Source: Pseudomonadota bacterium (GTDB lineage: Bacteria; Desulfobacterota; Desulfobacteria; Desulfobacterales; JBDRRP01). From it: a stretch of DNA of 64,000 bases. The notes beneath the pieces were generated by a model. The model ran no database searches and was not told where the DNA came from. It worked only from the letters and a program-made list of their open reading frames with translations. The position numbers were made by a program, and so were the translations under genes. Location: assembly GCA_043825735.1 (NCBI GenBank), contig JBDRRP010000115.1, positions 1 to 64,000 on the forward strand, given 5' to 3'. This document shows, piece after piece, positions 18,932-30,410 of the stretch (positions are counted from its first letter, which is position 1; the number at the start of each line of letters is the position of its first letter).

Positions 18932-19985
18932 CTCCCAGCGCCTTTGCCTGGAAGGCAGTGATCACCTCATCCAGCAGTTCGGTCATGTCCCCCTCCATAA
19001 TGGCATCGAGCTTGTAGAGGGTCAGTCCGATACGATGGTCGGTCACCCTGCCCTGAGGGAAATTGTAAGTGCGGATCCGCCCGCTCCGGTCACCGGAGCC
19101 GATCTGGTTTTTGCGCTCCGCGGAGCGTTTGTCGTTTTGCTCCTGAATCATGGCGTCCAGCAGTCGGGAGCGGAGCACCTTCAGGGCCTTGGCCTTGTTC
19201 TTGTGCTGTGACTTTTCGTCCTGGCAGATCACCACGAGACCGGACGGCAGATGGGTAACCCGCACGGCCGAGTCGGTGGTGTTGACGCTCTGACCGCCGG
19301 GACCCGATGATCGGAAGACATCGAATTTCAAATCATTGGGGTCGATCTCGAAATCCACTTCTTCGGCTTCCGGCAGCACCGCCACGGTAACGGCAGAGGT
19401 ATGAATGCGGCCCTGCGCCTCGGTGGCGGGAACCCGCTGCACCCGATGCGTGCCGCTTTCGAATTTGAGCCGGCTGTAGGCGCCTTTTCCGCCGATCAGC
19501 GCAATGATTTCCTTAAGGCCGCCGCTGCCGGTGGCATGAAAGGTGAGCGGTTCCACCTTCCAATCCAACTGCTCCGCGTAACGACTGTACATACGGAAAA
19601 GATCGGCGGAAAACAGGGCAGCCTCGTCGCCGCCGGTACCGGCGCGGATTTCAAGGATGACGTTCTTATGATCGAGGGGATCCTTGGGAATCAGCAGCTT
19701 TCGCAGCGCATCGTCGAGCCGCTCCAGATCGACAGTCAGCAGATCGACTTCCTCCCTGGCCAGTTCTTTGATCTCGGCATCGCCGTCTTTGAGCAGCTCG
19801 CGGCTGCTTTCCAGATCGTCCTGGATTTTGCGGTAGTCACGATATACGGCGACGATTTTGGCCAACTCCGAGTGTTCCCGACTGAGACGCTCATAGCGTT
19901 CCCGGTCCTGGAAAACATCCGGCACACTCAGCTCCCGCTCAATGTCGTCGAACCGGGACTCAATACCGTCGAGCTTATCTCTCAT
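18915..19985 (-). CDS. prfA: Peptide chain release factor 1
   Basis: [11 protein letters not shown] tripeptide (RVPATE), GPGGQ. Confidence 0.97.
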   Translation of the reverse strand: MRDKLDGIESRFDDIERELSVPDVFQDRERYERLSREHSELAKIVAVYRDYRKIQDDLESSRELLKDGDAEIKELAREEVDLLTVDLERLDDALRKLLIPKDPLDHKNVILEIRAGTGGDEAALFSADLFRMYSRYAEQLDWKVEPLTFHATGSGGLKEIIALIGGKGAYSRLKFESGTHRVQRVPATEAQGRIHTSAVTVAVLPEAEEVDFEIDPNDLKFDVFRSSGPGGQSVNTTDSAVRVTHLPSGLVVICQDEKSQHKNKAKALKVLRSRLLDAMIQEQNDKRSAERKNQIGSGDRSGRIRTYNFPQGRVTDHRIGLTLYKLDAIMEGDMTELLDEVITAFQAKALGDADIS

Positions 19986-20188
19986 GGGAATGCGCTCCGC
20001 AGGGGGCCACGCTCACCCCCATCGGTCCATCCGGCATACCGACACCAGATCGATCTCTCGATAGGCGTTCGCCACGGGTCAGGGGTGGGGCCGCGGCGCG
20101 GCCCCAGAATCCAAAAGTGTCCGGGAATGCAGGGTGCGGGGTGTCGTCCCGGTGGGCGATTGGCGATGGGGAAAAAAGAAGGCCTTGG

Positions 20189-20410
20189 CTAATTGGTTTC
20201 CGGCTGATTCTGGAACTTTTCGTATTTTTTCCGGAACCGTTCGATCCGCCCGGCAGTATCGATCAGTTTCTGTTTACCCGTAAAAAACGGATGGCACTGG
20301 GAACAAATTTCCACCCGGATATCCGATTTGGTCGACCCGGCTGAAAACGTGGCGCCACAGGCACACGAAATGGTGGTTTCCGCGTAGTTCGGATGCGTAT
20401 TGACCTTCAT
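20189..20410 (-). CDS. rpmE: 50S ribosomal protein L31 (Zn-binding type)
   Basis: HPNY...CACG...[13 protein letters not shown]. Confidence 0.97.
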   Translation of the reverse strand: MKVNTHPNYAETTISCACGATFSAGSTKSDIRVEICSQCHPFFTGKQKLIDTAGRIERFRKKYEKFQNQPETN

Positions 20411-20459
20411 TGGTGCAACCCCTTGTAATTTTATGGTTTAATGTTCAACACCCATGATC

Positions 20460-21707
20460 TCAAGCATTCATGGAATTTAAGAAATCCTGATTATCGGTTG
20501 TTCCGTTCATTTTATCAAGTAAAAATTCCATGGCATCGGATGGATTCAAGGAGCTGAGGAGTTTTCTGAGAATCCAGATACGGTTCAAGGTCGCCTCCGG
20601 CAGCAGGAGTTCTTCCTTGCGCGTGCCGGATTTGTTGATGTCGATGGCCGGGAAAATCCGTTTGTCCGACAGACGGCGATCCAGTTGGATTTCCATATTG
20701 CCGGTACCTTTGAATTCCTCGAAAATCACTTCGTCCATGCGGCTGCCGGTATCGATGAGCGCGGTTGCGATAATGGTCAGGCTGCCGCCCTCTTCGATAT
20801 TTCGGGCGGCACCGAAAAAGCGTTTGGGCCGCTGCAGCGCGTTGGAATCCACACCACCGGAAAGGATCTTGCCACTGGGCGGCATGACGCTGTTGTAGGC
20901 CCGGGCAAGACGGGTGATGCTGTCAAGGAGGATCACCACGTCCTTTTTGTGCTCCACCAGGCGCTTGGCCTTTTCGATGACCATTTCGGCGACCTGCACG
21001 TGGCGCTCAGCGGGCTCGTCAAACGTGGAACTGATGACCTCGCCCTTTACCGAGCGCTGCATATCGGTGACTTCCTCGGGCCGTTCGTCGATCAGCAGGA
21101 CAAAGAGCATGAGGTTTTTATGATTGGCCGTGAGGCTGTTGGCGATGGCCTGGAGCAGCATGGTCTTTCCGGATCGGGGCGGCGACACGATCAGCCCCCG
21201 CTGGCCGAAACCGATGGGCGTGAGCAGATCCATGATGCGCATGGGGTAGGTGTCGGCAGCCGTCTCCAGGAGGACCTTTCGGTTCGGATAGAGGGGGGTG
21301 AGGTTGTCGAAAAGGATTTTGTCCCGGGATTCCTCCGGGTCCTCGAAATTGACGGCTTCCACCTTGAGCAGGGCGAAATAGCGCTCCGTCTCTTTGGGCT
21401 GACGGATCTGACCGGACACGGTATCGCCGGTTCGCAGATTGAACCGACGGATTTGTGACGGCGACACGTAAATATCGTCAGGACCCGGCAGATAATTGCA
21501 ATCCGGGGCACGCAGAAATCCAAACCCATCGGGCAGAATCTCCAGGGTGCCTTCCCCATAAATGAGTCCATTTTTCTCGATCTGCGCTTGAAGCAGTGAA
21601 AAAATCAGCTCCTGCTTGCGCATTCCTGCGGCACCCTCGACCTTGAACTTGCGTGCCAGCTGGGTGAGCTCATTGATCTTCATCTCTTTGAGTTCGGTGA
21701 TGTTCAT
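20460..21707 (-). CDS. rho: Transcription termination factor Rho
   Basis: [40 protein letters not shown]; start taken at ATG 21707. Confidence 0.98.
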   Translation of the reverse strand: MNITELKEMKINELTQLARKFKVEGAAGMRKQELIFSLLQAQIEKNGLIYGEGTLEILPDGFGFLRAPDCNYLPGPDDIYVSPSQIRRFNLRTGDTVSGQIRQPKETERYFALLKVEAVNFEDPEESRDKILFDNLTPLYPNRKVLLETAADTYPMRIMDLLTPIGFGQRGLIVSPPRSGKTMLLQAIANSLTANHKNLMLFVLLIDERPEEVTDMQRSVKGEVISSTFDEPAERHVQVAEMVIEKAKRLVEHKKDVVILLDSITRLARAYNSVMPPSGKILSGGVDSNALQRPKRFFGAARNIEEGGSLTIIATALIDTGSRMDEVIFEEFKGTGNMEIQLDRRLSDKRIFPAIDINKSGTRKEELLLPEATLNRIWILRKLLSSLNPSDAMEFLLDKMNGTTDNQDFLNSMNA

Positions 21708-22067
21708 GGGATCCATCCCTTTTATTGAATTTTGTTCGATCGGTCTGATCAAGCCGCCTTCGGAAGGTCACGCGCGAACCATGGCCGTCGTTCAGTTGAC
21801 ACGGCAGTCACCAGGGGTCAGCGGGCGGCGGCAATGTGAATATATGTGCCTTGGATCGAGAAAAGTACCTGATGGTTATAGAAACGTCATCTCATATATG
21901 TGGACACAGGGAACGGGGCCGTTCGGGTTCAATCTGTGGAAGCTGAAACGATTGTGTTGCAGATGGTTATCGGGTATTACTCCAATCGGCAGGCCCAAAG
22001 GTTATTAAGATTAAGGTGATCCACACCTATACCAGGTAATATTTAATGTCAAGCATTTCACCCGGTC

Positions 22068-23456
22068 ATGGTTTCTGTTAACAATCGCCTGGCCACGGCG
22101 ATGGCCGGAATGCCCCGAACCTATCTCGTCGGCGGCACGGTCCGAGACCTTCTCCTGGGACGCCCGGCAGCGGATCATGATATCGCCACGGGGCTGGATC
22201 CGGCAGGCCTTGCCGCTGAAATGGCCCGGCGAACCGGCGGCCGGGTTGTCGTGTTCAAAAAAGCTGATTTCGCAGTCTATCGTGTGGTGAGCCCCCAGGA
22301 TGGTGTTTTTGATATATCCGCCATCTATGGTCAATCGCTTGAGACTGACCTTGGCAACCGAGACTTCACTATCAATGCAATGGCGCTGGAGCCGGTGGCA
22401 GGGCGGATCATCGACCCTCTGGGCGGCGAAAAAGACTTGCGTGCGGGTCGCATCCATATCGCCTCGCCCCGAGTGTTTGCAAAGGACCCCGCCCGCCTGC
22501 TGAGGGCTTTTCGTCTCAGTGCAGAATTTGATTTCGCGCTTTCCAGCGCCACCCGTGAAGCGGTTCTCTCCCATGCCGCGCGCATCGTCGACGTCCCGGG
22601 GGAGCGGATCCGCCAGGAATTATTAAAACTGCTAAAAACCCCCCGCGCCGCCGAACGCCTCCAATCCATGGCAGAAACCGGCCTTCTCGAGCACCTCATC
22701 CCCCAATGGCGCGAAATGGCCGGTTGTCAGGTATCGCAGCAATCAACCACATCGGCGAGCGCGCTTGCCCTGGACACGGTGGCGGCTCTGGAATCCGGCG
22801 ACCTGACGATAGCGCTGGGTCCTTACCCCGAGGCCGGGCCCCCGGACCCGCCGGCAGGGTTGATAAAACTCGGGGCGCTGCTGGCTGACATCGGCCGGCC
22901 AGCGGTCAGGCGCCTGAAAAAAATCGGACGGTGGGACGACCCTGCGGTTGTGCCGCGCACCCTCATCGCGGCAGACGCCCTCATGCACCGCTTCCGGCTC
23001 TCACGCCGGGAGCGAGCCGTTGTGGACGTGCTGATAAAAACGCTGCACCGGCCCTCGGCGCTGGCTGCCGCCGAGCGCGCCGGCAAACCGAGCGCCCTGG
23101 CGGCGACGCGGTTTTTCATGGCCGCCGGGGACCTGGTACCCGCCGCGTTGGCGTTGGCGTTGGCCCGCCGGCGCTGTCTCGCCCGAGACACCGATAGTTT
23201 TGAAACGTGCCTCAGATCCCTGCTGAACACTTACGAAACCGGATACCGCATCCGTCTGCGGCAACCGCCCCTGCTGAGCGGGAACAGACTTTTGGCGGCC
23301 CTCGATTTGCCGCCGGGTCCCGCTGTCGGCCGCCTGTTGTCGATCCTGCGCCGGCACCAACTGGCCGGGGCCATTGCCTCGCCGGAGGCGGCCCTGTCGA
23401 TGGCCCGAAGCATCTGCGATACCCCGCTTATCCAGAATGCTCCAGTGACGCAGTAA
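22068..23456 (+). CDS. Class II tRNA nucleotidyltransferase family protein, possibly CC-adding
   Basis: YLVGGTVRDLLLG...DHD, RDFTINAMA, DP.GG..DL, DPARLLRAFR, ERIRQEL. Confidence 0.8.
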   Translation: MVSVNNRLATAMAGMPRTYLVGGTVRDLLLGRPAADHDIATGLDPAGLAAEMARRTGGRVVVFKKADFAVYRVVSPQDGVFDISAIYGQSLETDLGNRDFTINAMALEPVAGRIIDPLGGEKDLRAGRIHIASPRVFAKDPARLLRAFRLSAEFDFALSSATREAVLSHAARIVDVPGERIRQELLKLLKTPRAAERLQSMAETGLLEHLIPQWREMAGCQVSQQSTTSASALALDTVAALESGDLTIALGPYPEAGPPDPPAGLIKLGALLADIGRPAVRRLKKIGRWDDPAVVPRTLIAADALMHRFRLSRRERAVVDVLIKTLHRPSALAAAERAGKPSALAATRFFMAAGDLVPAALALALARRRCLARDTDSFETCLRSLLNTYETGYRIRLRQPPLLSGNRLLAALDLPPGPAVGRLLSILRRHQLAGAIASPEAALSMARSICDTPLIQNAPVTQ

Positions 23457-23546
23457 ACCCCACAGTTCAAGAATCAACGGATCGATCCACTATGTTGTTG
23501 TGGGATGAAGCCGTTGTCGGCGGTAAACCATCCAAAAAAGAATATT

Positions 23547-23687
23547 TCTCGCGCAGAGGCGCGGAGACGCAGAGAACTGCGGGAAATTGAATTGCGCGAG
23601 TGCTTTTCCCTGCACCTCCGCGCCTCTGCGCCTCTGCGCGAGATATGGATTATTAAATCTCCGTGTCCTCCTTGAACTCCGTGGTGA
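23547..23687. repeat. CGCAGAG inverted-arm element nested in a CACGGAG-type remnant
   Basis: TCTCGCGCAGAGGCGCGGAGACGCAGAG...CTCCGCGCCTCTGCGCCTCTGCGCGAGA; 23696-23738 also resembles 11318-11361. Confidence 0.6.
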
Positions 23688-23747
23688 TCGAAAGGTCATC
23701 GGGTACACTGGGCTTTAGCGCTATACTGAAACTTCATAGGGAACCTG

Positions 23748-23786
23748 AAAAAAAATGCCCTGCCGGCATACGACCGGCAGGGCATT
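23748..23786 (-). terminator. Intrinsic terminator after adk
   Basis: ATGCCCTGCCGG-N7-CCGGCAGGGCAT stem followed by a T run on the minus strand. Confidence 0.75.
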
Positions 23787-23813
23787 CAAACATCCTATTA
23801 TGGATGGATACTG

Positions 23814-24500
<687 letters not shown>

Positions 24501-24589
24501 TTAAATGAGTCGGGTGTTTCCAAGCCGCCCCTGAATGGTGGAAAGAAGATATGACGCAAATGACCCGGGGGTGTCAAGCACTTAGCGCG

Positions 24590-24735
24590 AGTGTCCGTCC
24601 ACAGAGGGCATCTTTTGGCCCCCGGCGGCGTTCTCGCACTTTTTGCACTCCTCGGAATAGGAAAACTATGCCTGCGGGTGCAAAAATGCTCGGGCCTTGC
24701 CGGGAACCAAAATCTACCCCCTGTGGATGGACACT
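24590..24735. mobile_element. Family II MITE-like element with 15-bp terminal inverted repeats
   Basis: AGTGTCCGTCCACAG...CTGTGGATGGACACT. Confidence 0.7.
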
Positions 24736-24959
24736 ATGTTACAACCGCAGCGGGCATTTTTGCCTTGGGAACCCTGCACTTCACTAAATCTGGATCCCGG
24801 CTTTCGCCTGGATGACAGGAAAGAAGAAATTCGACTTTTTCCGGGGCCATCAAGAATGGGCTTGAAAAGCGCTTGCTATTTTGTTACAGATGCAGTTTCA
24901 TTTTTCATGAGTCAAATACCGTCGCCGACAATGGTGATGAGACAAAGGGGGCGAGGCAC

Positions 24960-25166
24960 TTGAAGGAAATCGAAGTCCGGGTGATCGATAACGATCTTGA
25001 AAAAGCGATGCGCATTCTGAAAAAGAAAATTCAGAACGACGGCCTTTTCAAACGGCTCAAGCTTAAGAAAAGCTACGAAAAACCAAGCGAATTCAAACGA
25101 CGCAAACAGCGTGAAGCCCTTAGACGGCAGCGCATTGCAGCAGCAAAAGCCGCGCGCTACCGTTAA
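24960..25166 (+). CDS. rpsU: 30S ribosomal protein S21
   Basis: TTG start after GAGG; IEVRV...LEKAMRILKKK...YEKPS. Confidence 0.9.
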   Translation: MKEIEVRVIDNDLEKAMRILKKKIQNDGLFKRLKLKKSYEKPSEFKRRKQREALRRQRIAAAKAARYR

Positions 25167-25172
25167 TCGCGC

Positions 25173-26516
25173 ATGGATACCTTTGAGGGCCCGGCAGAAC
25201 CACCATCTGCCGGGTCTTTTATTGCCATGGATCATCCCACCGCCACCGCCTACCGCGAATGCTTGGCCACGATGTTCGGCCTGCAACGCTTCGGCATCAA
25301 GCTCGGTCTACGCACCATCGGCGCCATACTGGATGGCCTGGGTGCCCCGCACCAGCATTTCAAGTGTATCCACATCGCCGGAACCAACGGCAAGGGATCC
25401 GTGGCCGCCATGCTCGCACAGATCCTCCAGCAGGCCGGCTACCGGGTCGGCCTCTACACCTCTCCGCACCTGGTCAGGTTCAACGAACGCATCCGCATCG
25501 ACGGCGTACCCATCTCCGATGACGATGTGCTGGATGCCTACACGGCCATCCGCCGGATCGATCTGCCGGAGCGCCAGCCCACCTTCTTCGAATTCACGAC
25601 AGCGATGGCCCTGACCGCTTTTCAACGCCATGATGTCCAGTGGGCGGTGATCGAAACCGGCATGGGGGGACGGCTGGATGCCACCAACGTTATCCACCCG
25701 CAGCTTTCGGTGATCACAAACATTTCGCTGGAGCACCGGGAATATCTCGGCAGCCGCCTGGCCGACATCGCTTTTGAAAAGGCAGGGATTATCAAACCCG
25801 GAGTCCCTGTAGTGACCGGCGCGAGCCAGCGGGTGGTGAGAGATACCCTCCAGGCGCAAGCCGATGCACGCCGCGCGCCCCTCTACCGCCTGGGCGCAGA
25901 TTTCAAGGTCAGAAAAGCCCCGGGACAGGCCGTTCATTTCTACGGCCGCACAAATGTGTGGCGGCATGTGCCCCTGGCGCTGTTTGGTGCTCACCAGCGG
26001 GCCAACGCCGCGCTGGCGCTGGCCGGATGCGAAGTACTGATGGCGGCCGGCGCCGTCGATCTGGACGTTGCGGCCATCCACCGCGGTATGGCAGCGACCC
26101 GGTGGCCCGGACGTCTTGAAATCGTATCTGAAAAGCCAATGATCCTGCTGGACGGCGCGCACAACCTGGCAGCGGTCGCCAAATTAGCGGCGTTTATCGA
26201 CGATGCCCTCAAAGGACGCGCGCTCACACTGGTGGTGGGGATCCTGGACGACAAGCCCTATCGGCAGATGCTTTCAATCCTGGCCCCCCGGTGTTCGCAC
26301 GTCATCGTGACACGGCCGGTCATCAATCGGGCGCTGCCGCCCGAAACACTTCGGGACGTGGCGGCGCCACTGTGCCCCCGTGTCACGGTAGTGCCCACCG
26401 TGGGAGAGGCCGTGGTGCTTGCAAAAACCACGACCGGACCCGAGGATGTCATCTGTATTGCCGGCTCGCTATACGTGGTGGGAGAAGCAACCGAGGCGCT
26501 TGACTTCTCAAGGTAG
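25173..26516 (+). CDS. folC: Folylpolyglutamate/dihydrofolate synthase
   Basis: IHIAGTNGKGS, YTSPHL..FNERI, ETGMGGRLDATNV, WPGRLE, LDGAHN; start may be 25227. Confidence 0.95.
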   Translation: MDTFEGPAEPPSAGSFIAMDHPTATAYRECLATMFGLQRFGIKLGLRTIGAILDGLGAPHQHFKCIHIAGTNGKGSVAAMLAQILQQAGYRVGLYTSPHLVRFNERIRIDGVPISDDDVLDAYTAIRRIDLPERQPTFFEFTTAMALTAFQRHDVQWAVIETGMGGRLDATNVIHPQLSVITNISLEHREYLGSRLADIAFEKAGIIKPGVPVVTGASQRVVRDTLQAQADARRAPLYRLGADFKVRKAPGQAVHFYGRTNVWRHVPLALFGAHQRANAALALAGCEVLMAAGAVDLDVAAIHRGMAATRWPGRLEIVSEKPMILLDGAHNLAAVAKLAAFIDDALKGRALTLVVGILDDKPYRQMLSILAPRCSHVIVTRPVINRALPPETLRDVAAPLCPRVTVVPTVGEAVVLAKTTTGPEDVICIAGSLYVVGEATEALDFSR

Positions 26517-26543
26517 ATCCTTTAAGTGCAGGAAACACTGAAC

Positions 26544-26619
26544 GCGCCCGTGGCCCAGTGGATAGGGCGTCGGCCTCCGGAGCCGAAGATCGCTGGTTCG
26601 AGTCCAGCCGGGCGTACCA
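26544..26619 (+). tRNA. tRNA-Arg(CCG)
   Basis: 76-nt cloverleaf: GCGCCCG/CGGGCGT acceptor, anticodon loop CTCCGGA, TTCGAGT T-loop, encoded CCA. Confidence 0.95.
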
Positions 26620-26631
26620 TTTCGAAACCAT

Positions 26632-26662
26632 AAAGGCCAGCCATCATCGGCTGGCCTTTTTT
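26632..26662 (+). terminator. Intrinsic terminator after tRNA-Arg
   Basis: AAAGGCCAGCC-ATCATC-GGCTGGCCTTTTTT. Confidence 0.75.
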
Positions 26663-26735
26663 GTTACCGCAATGCCTTCTTGCCGATGGGCTTCAAGCAG
26701 GCGCCCCTTGAGTCAGTGCGCACACCTGGGCTGGG

Positions 26736-27023
26736 CTATATGGATTCGTAAAGCTCGTATTCGGTATTGGCGCCCAGCAGTGTGTCGATTTTCTCCTGGA
26801 CGGCCTTTCGCTCGCCGCTCACCACCCAGGCGCGCCAGGCATCCACCGATTGCCAGGTACTGATCACCAGGTTTTCATTCGGGCTGTCAACGCGCCGGAG
26901 CGTCTCGCCTGAAATATACCCAGGTTGGTTGGTGGTCAGAATGCGCATCTTTTTCAACAGCGCGATTAACTCCGGTGCCCGTCCTTCGGGAACTGTCCGC
27001 TTAATGAGTATTTTTACCGTCAT
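26736..27023 (-). CDS. Antibiotic biosynthesis monooxygenase-family protein
   Basis: QPGYISGETL...VISTWQS.DAW.AW; GGAGG RBS. Confidence 0.75.
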   Translation of the reverse strand: MTVKILIKRTVPEGRAPELIALLKKMRILTTNQPGYISGETLRRVDSPNENLVISTWQSVDAWRAWVVSGERKAVQEKIDTLLGANTEYELYESI

Positions 27024-27289
27024 GTGTCTCCCTCCTATTTTATTAAGAGTGGATATTCCGCCTACCGGGAACAGGTGTCCCGAGCCGTTGGTCGATCCAG
27101 CCGGGCGGCAATACGATCAGCCCCGACAGTGCTCGAACTTTCCACCTCAAGGCGCCTGCGAGCAACTGCCGGGAGCCTTAATCACCCAATTTTGAACGGA
27201 GACTGTTTCATAGTAGAAATTCCGACACCGCTTGTCAAAACAATTGCCGACAACAGCGCCCCTTCGGCCCGCTCCCTTTGGAAGGGCAA

Positions 27290-28195
27290 TCAGGGTCCGA
27301 CACCTGGGAGAATCGGCAGCCGCAGCAATCCGGCCAGCATTCGGCCTCCGGCCCAAAGGAACAGCAGCGGCAACAAGAGCGTCTGAAGAAGAAAAACGGT
27401 GATCAGATCGATGGTGGATCTGGCGTAATCGGCCAGTTGGCGGCGGAGCGTTTCCAGGGAATGACTGAACGCCTCCCGTGCGGCTTCGTCAAAGGCATAG
27501 CGCGCCATTGTGTCAAAAATGCCCGCTGAAGGCGCCTGAGTGGTGCCGGCCGGGTCCATGGTCTGGCGTTCGACCTCTTTGACCTGGTCTCCAATGGTAC
27601 CAAGGACCTGAGCGGCATTCTGGTATCGGTCATCGAGGAAACGGCGATACACGTAATCTCCCGCCAGGCTGATCGCTGGCACGCAAAACCGGACGACAAT
27701 CGCGGCAATGATCAGGCGCACGCCCAAGCGCTGCACACCGCGGCCGACCCCGCCGGGGCACCACCATCCCAGGAGCACCACAGCAATCCCCGCCGGCAAC
27801 AGGATCCGGCTTCCCATCCAAATCCCCATGTCAAAAAAAACGGACTGTATCCCAAGGGATGTGGTGCTCAGCAACATGATCCATGAAAACCGCTCCATGA
27901 GATCGTTGACGGGGTCCAGCACTTCCCCCACAGCCAGGCTCACACCCACCCCGGCCGGAGAGGCCATGATATGACTTCCCTGAATCACGGAAATAATGCC
28001 GTTGATGCTGCGAACGACGGCAAAGGTGGTGGCCGCTTTGATCAGCGTGCGATCGAGATAGGCCCGTGCCGACACATCCACCGATCCGAACACGGTATCG
28101 TTGACGACGGCAACACCGGGTGACAGGCAGAGGATAACGATCAGCACTCCGGCAACGGTCAGCCCCCATTTAATCATCATGCGGCGGTGCGTCAT
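27290..28195 (-). CDS. Hypothetical membrane protein
   Basis: Several TM segments; A.TFAVVRSING.IS.IQ...GEVLDPVNDLMERFS; start placed at ATG 28195. Confidence 0.65.
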   Translation of the reverse strand: MTHRRMMIKWGLTVAGVLIVILCLSPGVAVVNDTVFGSVDVSARAYLDRTLIKAATTFAVVRSINGIISVIQGSHIMASPAGVGVSLAVGEVLDPVNDLMERFSWIMLLSTTSLGIQSVFFDMGIWMGSRILLPAGIAVVLLGWWCPGGVGRGVQRLGVRLIIAAIVVRFCVPAISLAGDYVYRRFLDDRYQNAAQVLGTIGDQVKEVERQTMDPAGTTQAPSAGIFDTMARYAFDEAAREAFSHSLETLRRQLADYARSTIDLITVFLLQTLLLPLLFLWAGGRMLAGLLRLPILPGVGP

Positions 28196-28304
28196 AGCGC
28201 CCCCTTTTTCTCTGCCCGGCGGGTTCTCCGTGGGTCTTGGCGATCTCGCGGCCGCAGGCAGTCGATGCGGCGGCATAATCCAACGGTGGATGGTCATTTC
28301 AACG

Positions 28305-28437
28305 TTGATGAATCCGTAAAAAGGTTTTTTGAACCACAGAGACCGCAGAGGACCGCAGAGAATATTATGAATAATAAGTTATCTTTGCGCTCTCTGCGTA
28401 CTCTGTGGTGATTTCAGGCTTTTTACGAGTTTGTCAA
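28305..28437 (+). mobile_element. Family I element, copy B
   Basis: TTGATGAATCCGTAAAAAG...CTTTTTACGAGTTTGTCAA; TCAACGTT at both junctions. Confidence 0.8.
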
Positions 28438-28566
28438 CGTTCGGCGCCAAACTATCAGATGCTGGGAGCGAATGCAAAACCGTCGGCGCTTCGGACGGGC
28501 ACAACCCGCAGCTCCCCCCTCCGGCCGGCTTGCAATTTACAGGGGTGGTGATTATAGTTTGCCGCT

Positions 28567-30363
28567 ATGCAAAAGGGCATTCACAAATTTCCGAACGCCA
28601 AAGAAGTGGAAAAGGAAATCTCCGAATTTCTCTCCAAACGCTTTGGCGACCGCGTGAAACTGGCCGCGCCCATCGTCATCCCGGAGGCGGAAAGAGAGGA
28701 TGACGAAAATGGCGTAATGGAAAACGCCCGACCGATCGCCTTCGACATGAAGCCCGAAGAGCTCATCGCCTATCTCGACCAGTACATCATCCGGCAAGAA
28801 GCGGCCAAAGCCGTCCTTTCCACAAAGATATGCACCCACTTCAACCGGATCCGCCGCGCCTCGGAAGATGCCGCCGCCAGTGACACACTCGTCGGCGCCA
28901 TCAAAAACAACATCCTCATGATCGGCCCGACCGGTGTGGGCAAGACATACATGATCAAGTTGATCGCCCAGCGCCTGGGAGTGCCGTTCGTCAAGGGGGA
29001 TGCCACCAAATTCAGCGAGACCGGATACGTTGGCGGCGATGTGGAGGACCTGGTCCGGGATCTGGTCAGGGAAGCCGGCGACGACATCGAGCGGGCGCAA
29101 CACGGCATCATCTACATCGACGAAATCGATAAGATTGCCGGCGCCCAGAACCTCATCGGCGCGGATGTGTCGCGCTCCGGGGTGCAGCGCGCCCTGCTCA
29201 AGCCCATGGAAGAGACCGAGGTCGAACTCAAAGTGGCCCACGACCCGGTGTCCATGCTCCAGGAGATCGACCGGTTCCGCCGGACCGGGGACCGGAACCG
29301 GCGGGTCATCAACACACGGCACATTTTGTTTATCATGAGCGGCGCCTTTTCCGGACTCCAGGAAATCATTGAAAAGCGCCTCTCCAAGCAGGCCATCGGA
29401 TTCAACGCGGCGCTGAGGCAGCCGTCCAGCGCCGCCCGGCTTCTGCAGATGGTGAAAACCGAAGACCTCATCACGTTTGGTTTCGAGTCGGAATTTGTCG
29501 GCCGCCTGCCGGTGCGGACCGTTTTCGAGGAACTCGATCACTCGGATTTGTTCAGCATCCTGAAGAATCCCAACAATCCAATCATTCTTGGGAAAAAACG
29601 TGATTTTTCAGCCTATGGCATCGATGTCAAATTCACCGATGACGCGCTGCGACAGTTGGCTGTCGCAGCGGCAGCTGAGAGCACCGGCGCGCGGGGCCTT
29701 GTCAGCGCTGTTGAAAACGCGTTGCTTGACTTCGAGCGGCGGCTGCCCTCCTCGACCGTAAAGCGCCTGCCGGTCACCACGGATACCCTCTGCGCCGATT
29801 GGAACTCCCGGCAGATTCAGGATCTGGTAGACAGCGGCGAATGGGACCGACGGTTTGAAGCCCTATGCCTGGAGGAAAAAAGGGCCATCAGCGACTATCT
29901 CCGGGCGAACGCCCTGACGCTCGGCACGGCTTGCGGGCTCACGCTCACCGACGCCAAATGCGAGATGGCATCCGAGTACGCCAGCCGCCACGTCGTGGAT
30001 GTCACTCAGGCCCTTCACCGAATCAAGACGCTCTATGGTGACGTCAGTGCGCTGGCACTCACATTCCTTGAAAAAAACGACATCAACATCGTCCTCGAAG
30101 AAGACGCGGCCGATCTCATCGTCACCCGGCACATCATTCACGGGGATGCCCTGGATGCCGTCTATGGACAGTTGACCGATAGTTTTGCACACGGGCTTAA
30201 ACTGGTCATGCAACGCACCGGCCGACGACAGTTTTTCATTTCTCGGGAAGCCTTGGAAGCGCCGGAAGCCTATGTCCGGCAAATGATTAAAAGCGGCACT
30301 GAAGAGAGCGCCTCCCCGGTGGTCAGCCTGTCATTTTCTTCCCCGGAGGCCGACGGCGCGTAA
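28567..30363 (+). CDS. ClpX-like AAA+ ATPase lacking the N-terminal Zn finger, with a long C-terminal extension
   Basis: GPTGVGKT, GYVGGDVE, YIDEIDKI, GVQRALLK, IGF loop, EFVGRLP, TGARGL. Confidence 0.8.
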   Translation: MQKGIHKFPNAKEVEKEISEFLSKRFGDRVKLAAPIVIPEAEREDDENGVMENARPIAFDMKPEELIAYLDQYIIRQEAAKAVLSTKICTHFNRIRRASEDAAASDTLVGAIKNNILMIGPTGVGKTYMIKLIAQRLGVPFVKGDATKFSETGYVGGDVEDLVRDLVREAGDDIERAQHGIIYIDEIDKIAGAQNLIGADVSRSGVQRALLKPMEETEVELKVAHDPVSMLQEIDRFRRTGDRNRRVINTRHILFIMSGAFSGLQEIIEKRLSKQAIGFNAALRQPSSAARLLQMVKTEDLITFGFESEFVGRLPVRTVFEELDHSDLFSILKNPNNPIILGKKRDFSAYGIDVKFTDDALRQLAVAAAAESTGARGLVSAVENALLDFERRLPSSTVKRLPVTTDTLCADWNSRQIQDLVDSGEWDRRFEALCLEEKRAISDYLRANALTLGTACGLTLTDAKCEMASEYASRHVVDVTQALHRIKTLYGDVSALALTFLEKNDINIVLEEDAADLIVTRHIIHGDALDAVYGQLTDSFAHGLKLVMQRTGRRQFFISREALEAPEAYVRQMIKSGTEESASPVVSLSFSSPEADGA

Positions 30364-30410
30364 CCGCACGCATCCATTTCCAGAAACGCCAACCAGAAAG
30401 AAAGCACATC

